Positions 47,940 through 54,930 of a stretch of DNA of 64,000 bases are shown here, piece by piece. A program made the position numbers and the translations under genes. The notes under the pieces were generated by a model that was given only the letters and a program-made list of their open reading frames with translations, made no database searches and was not told the origin of the DNA. Origin of the DNA: Phycisphaerales bacterium (GTDB lineage Bacteria; Planctomycetota; Phycisphaerae; Phycisphaerales; UBA1924); assembly GCA_015487555.1 (NCBI GenBank), contig WFPK01000052.1, positions 44,144-108,143 of the forward strand, written 5' to 3'. Within the stretch, counting starts at the first letter, position 1; each line of letters starts with the position of its first letter.

Positions 47940-47940
47940 T
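47923..47940 (+). repeat. attR core (displaced copy of the tRNA-Phe 3' end)
   Basis: AGTCCGCGTATGCCCATT. The flanking 5' bases (TGTTTG) only partly match the T-arm (GGTTCA). Confidence 0.8.
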
Positions 47941-47950
47941 CCCAATCAAG

Positions 47951-47982
47951 AAAAGCCTCGGGTCAAACCCGAGGCTTTTTTT
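47951..47982 (+). terminator. Rho-independent terminator, probably the original tRNA-Phe terminator now downstream of attR
   Basis: AAAAGCCTCGGG-tcaaa-CCCGAGGCTTTT, followed by a T-run. It starts 10 nt after the attR core. Confidence 0.7.
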
Positions 47983-48077
47983 CATCGACCACCTCAACCA
48001 ACTCCACAGACTCCATCGAAAAACACCCCAAGCCAAAGCCAGGGGTGCCATTGAGTGTGTAAAGCTTCGCACCTGCC

Positions 48078-49352
48078 CTATGGACAGCCGGCACTAAACG
48101 CCGCGAGGAACGCCGAGATATCGAAGAAGTTCCATGTGCCATTGTTATCAAAGTCCGCTCCCGGATCCTGAGCAGCGAACAAAGAAAGAAACTCCGAAAT
48201 ATCAAAGAAGTTCAGGGCCCCGTCACAGTTGATATCCGCAGGGCAACAATCGAAACCACTTGGCCCATAAAGCACATGCTCGAACGAAGCCATCGGGGTG
48301 TAGCTCAGGCCTTCACATGCGAATCCGCCGAACCAGAAGAGCCCAGCGTGGAGGGTCTCGCCGTCTGAACCACCGGGTAGTGGTGCGTAGATTGCGAATG
48401 CATCTTCCTGACCAGTTGCACCCGGTATCGCGGTATCGAGGTCCCAGGTCCAAGTGCCGTCGCCGTTGTCGATCGCAGTCCCCTCGCCAACACCAAAATT
48501 GATGCCGATTGTTTTGAATGAGTCCGCAAGATCACCATCGATCACACCATCACCATCATGATCGGCTGTTCCGGGCTGGAAAAACCGAACCGACCAACCC
48601 CAATCAAACAACCCATCCTGGTCGAAGTCTGTGTCGGGGAAGCCATCGAAATCATGGTCGCCAAGCCAATACCCAGGCGTATAAAACGCAGCCCCCTGAG
48701 AGTCGCTATCCGTATCCCCAAGCTCAAAGGTCATCGAACTTGAGAACGAACCAGCAAGGTCAATGTCTGCGCTGTAGCCTGCCAATGCGCCATCGTCGAA
48801 GGGTGTGCCGGGCAAATCAGTGAGCCGAAACGAAACCAATGGGAAGCGGTCGCAACGATCACTTCGTCCATTTTCCCCGTCCCAATAAGTCCACTCACCC
48901 GCAAGCCCAACAACCCCATCGCCGACGCCATCGGAATCAGAATCCGTATCAATGTGCCCGGTCACCCAGTTGATATGCACCATATCAACAACCGTATCCA
49001 CAGCCACATCGCCAAAGTCAAGAACAGTAATGCCAGTCGCCAACGAAGTTGTATCAGCGTTATTGTCAACCCCATAGAAAAACTCCGTGGTATACCCCGC
49101 ACCCGCGCACGGATTCGACACCAACGATGACCAGATCGGCCCACTCATCCCAGCAGCAGGTGCTACCTGCTCGTCACCGAGCACCGTCACCACCCGCTCG
49201 CCACTCATGATGTTGTAGTAAATATGAGCAACATCAACCACCTGACCATGCGTCGGCGATAAAGTCACCGGCGATTCCGCAGCCTCAGCAACACCGCCGA
49301 TACCACCGGCACAAAGACAAATCAAAAGAACGCCACTTCCTACACTTTTCAT
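48078..49352 (-). CDS. Secreted Asp-rich Ca-binding-like protein with a C-terminal GC-type dockerin-like domain (paralog 1)
   Basis: The start is trimmed to MKSVGSGVLLICLCAGG (GGGAG upstream), which is a signal peptide. It has DxDxDG-type stretches (DTDSDSDGVGDGV, DHDGDGVIDGD). The C-terminus has two repeats, INCDGALNFFDISEFL and DNNGTWNFFDISAFL, and ends in AGCP. Confidence 0.75.
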   Translation of the reverse strand: MKSVGSGVLLICLCAGGIGGVAEAAESPVTLSPTHGQVVDVAHIYYNIMSGERVVTVLGDEQVAPAAGMSGPIWSSLVSNPCAGAGYTTEFFYGVDNNADTTSLATGITVLDFGDVAVDTVVDMVHINWVTGHIDTDSDSDGVGDGVVGLAGEWTYWDGENGRSDRCDRFPLVSFRLTDLPGTPFDDGALAGYSADIDLAGSFSSSMTFELGDTDSDSQGAAFYTPGYWLGDHDFDGFPDTDFDQDGLFDWGWSVRFFQPGTADHDGDGVIDGDLADSFKTIGINFGVGEGTAIDNGDGTWTWDLDTAIPGATGQEDAFAIYAPLPGGSDGETLHAGLFWFGGFACEGLSYTPMASFEHVLYGPSGFDCCPADINCDGALNFFDISEFLSLFAAQDPGADFDNNGTWNFFDISAFLAAFSAGCP

Positions 49353-49584
49353 TTCATAGCTCCCATTTCCACTGCATTTCCCAAGCAATCCCCAAAAAAC
49401 AGATCGCCGATAACCCGAGCAGGCCGTTGCCCCCTATCCGCACCGCTGAGAAAGCAGTTGCATCAATCTGTTCGATATCAATATATTCATCCTGCACAAC
49501 ATCGCCAATCTCTCACGCATATTCATAGAAAAACACCCGAAAAGGCTCGGGTGTTGAAGGATGATCGTGGAACAATGCCCACAC

Positions 49585-50895
49585 TCATGGGCAGCCTGTA
49601 TTGAACGCCGAGAGGAATGCGGAAATGTCAAAGAAGTTCAACTTGCCATCACCTGTAAAGTCCGCCTGCAAATCCCCAGCTGCAAACAACTCGAGGAACT
49701 TCGAAATATCAAAGAAATTCAACTCGCCATCACAGTTGATATCCACCGGGCAACAGCCGCTCCCGCCGCCAGGCCCAACAAGCTGAGCCCGGAACTGCCC
49801 CAGTGGCGTAAACCCCTCGGAGGTGCATGACAGGATTCCAAAGAGCATTCCCGCGTGCAAGCCATCAAAGTACAGCGCAACCCCCTCCTCCGCACCGTAC
49901 CCGTAATCCCCTGGAGCAGGTATTGGCATCTCCCAAGTCCACGATCCATTTCCTTGCTCAACCCAAACCCCCGCAGGACGAGCAAAGCTGACTCCAATTG
50001 GCTTTTGCGAATCCGCAAAGTCGCCATCAATCACCCCATCACCATCGAGATCGGCCGTACCCGGCTGATAGAACCGCACCGACCAACCCCAGTCAAACAA
50101 CCCATCGCCATCAAGATCCGAATCGGGCAATCCGTCAAAATCACGATCGGCATTGGCAATCGAAACCCCATCGCCAATCCCATCACCATCGGTATCCACA
50201 TCATTGTGGAAATAAGTCGCAGTCGAGACGCCATCGGAATCGCCAATCTCAAAGGTCAGCGAATCCTCGGGCAGAATACTCCTGAGGTCAATGTCGGCTG
50301 TATACCCGGCGAAGAACCCATCTCCGAAAATATTTCCCGGAAGGTTCGCAAACAGAACTGAAATCAAAGGCAGCCGTGTCGAGACATTGATCGCCCGGCC
50401 ATTGTCCGCATCCCAATAAGTCCACTGCCCACCAAGCCCGACAACACCATCGCCGATCCCGTCCGAATCTTCATCTGTGTCATTGTGCCCGGTGATCCAC
50501 TCAATATGAACCATGTCAACCACGCTATCAAGGGCGATATCACCAAAGTCAAGAACCTCAAAACCGGTCATCCCCCCCGGCGAGTTATCGTCCACAACAA
50601 AGAACGGACTCCCACCATCGCTCACCGCAGGGCACGGATCATCCGACATCACCGACCAGATCGGCCCGCTCGACCAGTCTGCCCCCGCAGGGTCGGCCTG
50701 GTCGGGCAAAGAATCGTCCCCTGCCAGTGTAATCACCCGCTCACCGCTGGCCACATGATAATAGATATGCGCGACCTGAACAACCTGCCCACGCGCAACC
50801 GGAAGCTGGCTCGGCGAATCCTCGCCACGAGCAACTCCACAAACAACACCTGCTGAAAGGACCAAAATCAAAGCACTGCTACTTGCGTTTTTCAT
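49585..50895 (-). CDS. Secreted Asp-rich protein with a GC-type dockerin-like C-terminus (paralog 2)
   Basis: 436 aa, collinear with paralog 1 (for example VVDMVHIEWITGHNDTDEDSDGIGDGVVGLGGQWTYWD versus VVDMVHINWVTGHIDTDSDSDGVGDGVVGLAGEWTYWD). It ends ...INCDGELNFFDISKFL...GDGKLNFFDISAFLSAFNTGCP. Confidence 0.75.
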   Translation of the reverse strand: MKNASSSALILVLSAGVVCGVARGEDSPSQLPVARGQVVQVAHIYYHVASGERVITLAGDDSLPDQADPAGADWSSGPIWSVMSDDPCPAVSDGGSPFFVVDDNSPGGMTGFEVLDFGDIALDSVVDMVHIEWITGHNDTDEDSDGIGDGVVGLGGQWTYWDADNGRAINVSTRLPLISVLFANLPGNIFGDGFFAGYTADIDLRSILPEDSLTFEIGDSDGVSTATYFHNDVDTDGDGIGDGVSIANADRDFDGLPDSDLDGDGLFDWGWSVRFYQPGTADLDGDGVIDGDFADSQKPIGVSFARPAGVWVEQGNGSWTWEMPIPAPGDYGYGAEEGVALYFDGLHAGMLFGILSCTSEGFTPLGQFRAQLVGPGGGSGCCPVDINCDGELNFFDISKFLELFAAGDLQADFTGDGKLNFFDISAFLSAFNTGCP

Positions 50896-50925
50896 CGCAT
50901 TTCTCCTTATCCAAAAACCAAACGA

Positions 50926-51249
50926 CTACGGGCAACCCGCACTAAACTCGGCCAAGAACGCCGAGATATCGAAAAAGCCAAAAGTGCCGCTGTGATCAAA
51001 ATCCGCCCGCGGATCACCAGCGTCAAACAACACCAAAAACGCTGAAATATCAAAGAAGCCCAACACCCCATCACCCCTCAGCGTCTCCACCCGCTCGACC
51101 GTCACGATATTGAAAGAGATATGCGCCGCATCAACCACCCGCCCCCGGCTCGCTTCAAGCGCCACCAAAGGCTCATCACCCGCAAGCAAACTCCCCGCAC
51201 CGCCCGCACACAGACACACACCCAAAATCGCATTCCCTGCACTCTTCAT
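50926..51249 (-). CDS. Internally deleted paralog: signal peptide plus about 45 N-terminal residues fused to the dockerin-like C-terminus (107 aa)
   Basis: MKSAGNAILGVCLCAGG...RGRVVDAAHISFNIVTVERVETLRGDGVLGFFDISAFLVLFDAGDPRADFDHSGTFGFFDISAFLAEFSAGCP. The junction GD|GVLGFFDIS corresponds to LGDEQ... and CDGALNFFDIS in paralog 1. Confidence 0.6.
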   Translation of the reverse strand: MKSAGNAILGVCLCAGGAGSLLAGDEPLVALEASRGRVVDAAHISFNIVTVERVETLRGDGVLGFFDISAFLVLFDAGDPRADFDHSGTFGFFDISAFLAEFSAGCP

Positions 51250-51250
51250 T

Positions 51251-51306
51251 CCCCTGCTCCAAATCCCCTGCTCCAAATCCCCTGCTCCAAATCCCCTGCT
51301 CCAAAC
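51251..51306. repeat. Tandem repeat, 14 bp x 4 (CCCCTGCTCCAAAT; the last unit ends in C)
   Basis: Units lie at 51251-64, 51265-78, 51279-92 and 51293-306. The repeat lies immediately 5' of the ATG (51249) of the truncated dockerin gene. On the coding strand each unit reads ATTTGGAGCAGGGG, which contains GGAG. Confidence 0.9.
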
Positions 51307-51372
51307 CTCACCGCCAACACTCGGCCAGACACCAACAACATCCGCATCCTACACCAAACAGTTTCGCATGTA

Positions 51373-51396
51373 TATCAATTTTATTGCAAATTGATA
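51373..51396. promoter_or_regulatory. Palindrome TATCAATTT-N6-AAATTGATA in an AT-rich divergent intergenic region (candidate operator)
   Basis: Perfect 9-bp arms at 51373..51381 and 51388..51396. This is the only strongly AT-rich stretch between the dockerin-like genes and the mutase gene. Confidence 0.35.
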
Positions 51397-51751
51397 CAAA
51401 ATATTTTCTCGCTGTAATAAATAACACCGCCTGCTTTCGCCACACGATTTATCGCCCCGCACGCCACACAAACGCCATATTTGACCTCCAAAACCACCCA
51501 GCCCCTCTTTTGCCCAACAGCAACAAGTGTAATTAAACACAACTCCTGCCACCCAGGCCAATCTGCGCACATCTCTCAATTGTAATATGTTACACTTCGC
51601 CCCACAAACCACCCACCTGCCAAACCCGCCGCTGCCCATCCGCACCGATCGCCACCTTCGCCACCCTCGGTTTGTGCTTGGTTATTCGTCCCCCTCGCGA
51701 TATAATCAGGCTCCAGAGCATCCTCTCCTCAACCCAACCGGGAGCCACCAA

Positions 51752-53488
51752 ATGACCACCAAAGCAACATCAACTCCAAACACCACCATCTCAGGCCCCG
51801 GCGTTGACCCTCAAACCGGGAAAGTCGATCCACACGCCGTCACCATCTCAGGCATCGCCCTCGACACCGCCTACACACCCGACAACCTCCCCACCTCGCT
51901 CGCCCACTACGACCGCGACATCAACAACCCCGGCCAATTCCCCTACACCCGAGGGCTCTTCCCCCAAGGCTACCGCACACGCCTCTGGACCATGCGCCAG
52001 TTCGCAGGCTTTGGCTCCGCAGACGACACCAACGAACGCTTCAAATACATCCTCGCCCAGACCAAAACCAAAACCGCAGCCAACACCGGGCTCTCCACCG
52101 CCTTCGATCTCCCAACACTCATGGGCAGAGACTCCGACGATGTCCTCTCGCTTGGCGAAGTCGGAAAGTGCGGCGTCGCCATCGACACCATCGAAGATAT
52201 GCACCGCCTCTACGCCGACATCCCCATCGACCAAGTCACCGTCTCCCAAACCATCAACGCACCCGCCGCCGTCATCTGGGCCATGTACCTCGCCATGGCC
52301 AAACAACGCAACATCCCCTGGGACACACTCGGAGGCACACTCCAAAACGACATCCTCAAAGAGTTCCACGCCCAAAACGAGTTCGTCTACCCACCCGAAG
52401 CCTCCACCAAACTCGTCGTCGATACCATCGAGTTCCAATCCAAATATGTCCCCAAATGGAACTCCGTCTCCATCTCAGGCTACCACATCCGCGAAGCCGG
52501 CTCATCCGCAACACAAGAGCTCGCCTTCACCCTCCGCGACGGCATGGAATATGTCGAAGCCTGCCTCGTCCGCGGGCTTGACATCGAAGACTTCGCCCCA
52601 CGCCTCTCCTTCTTCTTCAACGCGCACAACGAGTTCTTCGAAGAAATCGCCAAACTCCGCGCCGCACGAAGAATCTGGGCACGCATGATGAAGGATCGCT
52701 ACGGCGCCAAGAACAAACGCTCATGGTTCATGAAAACCCATGTCCAAACCGCAGGCTGCTCCCTCACCGAGCAACAACCATACAACAACATCGTCCGCGT
52801 CGCCTACCAAGCCATGGCCGGCGTCTTGGGCGGATGCCAATCACTCCACACCGACTCGATGGACGAAACCCTCGGGCTCCCAACAGAACAAGCCGTCACC
52901 ATCGCCCTGCGCACCCAACAAATCCTCGCCCACGAAACCGGCGTCACAAGAACCACCGACCCCCTCGGCGGCTCATACTTCATCGAAGCACTCACCGACA
53001 AGGTCGAAGCCGAAGCACTCGCCTACATCGAAGAAATCGACAACATGGGCAGAGGCCCATGGAAACCAGAACACGCCACAACCTCAACAATCGACGACGG
53101 CGGGTGCGTCCAAGGCATCCACAAAGGCTACTTCCGAAGAAAAATCGCCGAGGCCTCCTACCGCTTCTCCGAAGAATGCGAAGCCGGCGACCGAATCATC
53201 GTCGGCGTCAACGAATACATCGACCCCAACGAAGACCGCCAGGTCGAAATCCTGACCATCTCCGAAGAAGTCGAAACCACCCAGGTCGAAACCCTCAAAG
53301 CCTTCAAGTCCAAACGCGACCAAGCCGGCGTCCAAACCGCCCTCGAAGCCATCCGCGAAGCCGCCCGAAACAACGAAAATGTCATGCCAAGCCTCATCGA
53401 AGGCGCCCTCGCCAACTGCACCCTCGGCGAAATGGTCCAAGCCATGGCCGACATCTACGGGCGGTATACGGGTGGCCCAGAGTGGTGA
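51752..53488 (+). CDS. Methylmalonyl-CoA mutase family large (catalytic, TIM-barrel) subunit without a B12-binding domain
   Basis: The start is trimmed to MTTKATST (GGGAG upstream). Typical MCM motifs are present: FPYTRG, RTRLWTMRQFAGFG, NTGLSTAFDLPT, and TNGT-like regions. The protein ends at ...YGRYTGGPEW, before any DxHxxG cobalamin domain. Confidence 0.88.
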   Translation: MTTKATSTPNTTISGPGVDPQTGKVDPHAVTISGIALDTAYTPDNLPTSLAHYDRDINNPGQFPYTRGLFPQGYRTRLWTMRQFAGFGSADDTNERFKYILAQTKTKTAANTGLSTAFDLPTLMGRDSDDVLSLGEVGKCGVAIDTIEDMHRLYADIPIDQVTVSQTINAPAAVIWAMYLAMAKQRNIPWDTLGGTLQNDILKEFHAQNEFVYPPEASTKLVVDTIEFQSKYVPKWNSVSISGYHIREAGSSATQELAFTLRDGMEYVEACLVRGLDIEDFAPRLSFFFNAHNEFFEEIAKLRAARRIWARMMKDRYGAKNKRSWFMKTHVQTAGCSLTEQQPYNNIVRVAYQAMAGVLGGCQSLHTDSMDETLGLPTEQAVTIALRTQQILAHETGVTRTTDPLGGSYFIEALTDKVEAEALAYIEEIDNMGRGPWKPEHATTSTIDDGGCVQGIHKGYFRRKIAEASYRFSEECEAGDRIIVGVNEYIDPNEDRQVEILTISEEVETTQVETLKAFKSKRDQAGVQTALEAIREAARNNENVMPSLIEGALANCTLGEMVQAMADIYGRYTGGPEW

Positions 53489-53692
53489 GCATAAACAACT
53501 TGCACATTTTGGCTAGGTGCCCCGACGGAGCCGTCTTCGGCGAAGGAGGTCTTCAAACAACCATAACCACCAAATCCTCCTTTCCCCTTCGGGGTAAAGG
53601 AGGGCACCACTGCCACCTCTTCCGAATCTCAATCACACCCAGCCGCTATACTGATCCGCCGGGCTGGCATGTCTCCCAAGAGGATGGTGCGA

Positions 53693-54715
53693 ATGCGAAA
53701 ACGGGTGTATCTTCATATCGGGTGGGAGAAGACCGGCACCAGTGCGATCCAAGTCTTCTGCGCACGCAATCAAGATTGGCTCAACGAGCGAAACATCCAC
53801 TACCCGCTGATGGGCAAGCTGCCTCAGCATGTGGATTTGTATACTGACCTCAAAGACGCGAACGCTTCGCGGATTCGGCGATCATGCGAAGCCGTCCGTG
53901 CCGAGATTGCACGCTGCGAACAAGAATCACTCATCTTCTCCCACGAAAGCCTGCACCTCTGTAGCCCCGCAATCTTCGCCGACATCTTCAAAGGCTGCGA
54001 TGTCCGCATCATCGCCTACCTCCGCCGACCCGACGAAGCCTTCATCTCCTTCTTCGTCACCATGGCCCGCTACGGGCTGATCCCCGTCGATAACCTGCAC
54101 CGTTCGATCCGCAAGTTCTCGCACGATCATATCAACCGATTCGAGTACAAGCACACATTGGCCAGATTCGCCTGGGAGTTTGGCCGCGACATGCTCACAG
54201 TGCGCCACTATCACCCCGATGATCTGATCGGTCGCCAAACCCTCACGGATTTCATGCACCAGTTGGGAATCGAGGATCTGGAAAACTCGAAATGGCCTGA
54301 AGATCATTCAAACCTGTCGCTCGATGCCGATCAGTTCGCGATCGTGCTCCGCCTGGCCCGTTCACTCCGAGCCCTCCCCAAAGCTCGGGTCTGCGAACTC
54401 ACGCGCCAACTCAGCGATGCAATGATCCTGCATGGATCACCCAACCATGCAAGAAGCGTCGTGCGCTTTGTCCCCGCCTCGCTCCGCCATCGGCTCTTGG
54501 CACACTGGAAGGATTCATTCGAAGCGTTGTACGCCGAGTATTTCGATGGACGAGCGATTTTCGACGACGAATCATGGGCAAAAATCAGCAAGCCCTCCCC
54601 AGCAATGACACCCGAGCGACTCGACGAGCTTATCGCCATCGTACACCAAGCCGATGTGCTGTCCGCACCAGAGAGCACCCAGTTTCTTGATTCGTTGCAC
54701 CAGCTGACGCATTGA
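53693..54715 (+). CDS. Hypothetical protein with a sulfotransferase-like P-loop (putative sulfotransferase fold)
   Basis: The N-terminus MRKRVYLHIGWEKTGTSAIQ resembles the 5'-PSB motif (xKxGTT/S) of sulfotransferases. AAGAGGA lies 9 nt upstream. The family assignment is tentative. Confidence 0.4.
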   Translation: MRKRVYLHIGWEKTGTSAIQVFCARNQDWLNERNIHYPLMGKLPQHVDLYTDLKDANASRIRRSCEAVRAEIARCEQESLIFSHESLHLCSPAIFADIFKGCDVRIIAYLRRPDEAFISFFVTMARYGLIPVDNLHRSIRKFSHDHINRFEYKHTLARFAWEFGRDMLTVRHYHPDDLIGRQTLTDFMHQLGIEDLENSKWPEDHSNLSLDADQFAIVLRLARSLRALPKARVCELTRQLSDAMILHGSPNHARSVVRFVPASLRHRLLAHWKDSFEALYAEYFDGRAIFDDESWAKISKPSPAMTPERLDELIAIVHQADVLSAPESTQFLDSLHQLTH

Positions 54716-54930
54716 GCACCCAAACACACAAAATCTCCTCCCCTCATTCCACCCCCCCATATCCCGTGAGATATGAAACTTTTTCCGCAATACAAGTCAG
54801 CCCCCGCATCCCCCGAGCCGATAATTGACCCTGTGTATACTTCGTCATCTCACGCCAACAGGGCGCTCAAGCTGCTGAGTTGACATGACTTTGAAAACTC
54901 CAAAGAACTCGGAGGGGGAAGCGTATTTCG

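Larger units (their letters stand above)
38191..47940. mobile_element. Integrative element (satellite/mobilisable-island-like) inserted in the 3' end of tRNA-Phe
   Basis: It is bounded by the perfect 18-bp direct repeat AGTCCGCGTATGCCCATT (38191..38208 and 47923..47940). It carries int, a primase-helicase, two HTH_17-like genes and AT-richer cargo. The native tRNA terminator lies just outside attR. Confidence 0.8.

Noticed and set aside
47727-47945. Interpretation as a remnant of a second, decayed integrase from a tandem element
   Set aside because: At the 3' end of the intact int, the 21-mer comes before the core. Here the core comes first and the 21-mer follows, so it is not a duplicated int 3' end. 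The in-phase continuity across the core fits a single attP split by integration better.
51251-51306. Possible CRISPR-like array
   Set aside because: The units are 14 bp and directly abutting with no spacers. It is a simple tandem repeat, and no cas genes are present in the window.
51310-51751. Cobalamin riboswitch upstream of the mutase gene
   Set aside because: I could not find a B12-box-like element or the expected conserved stems by eye. This needs an Rfam scan to be definitive.
51804-53847. 294-aa, 374-aa and 171-aa alternative-frame ORFs inside and beyond the mutase gene
   Set aside because: They are Pro/Ser/Thr/Arg-rich off-frame products. Frame 1 has the full methylmalonyl-CoA mutase motifs.
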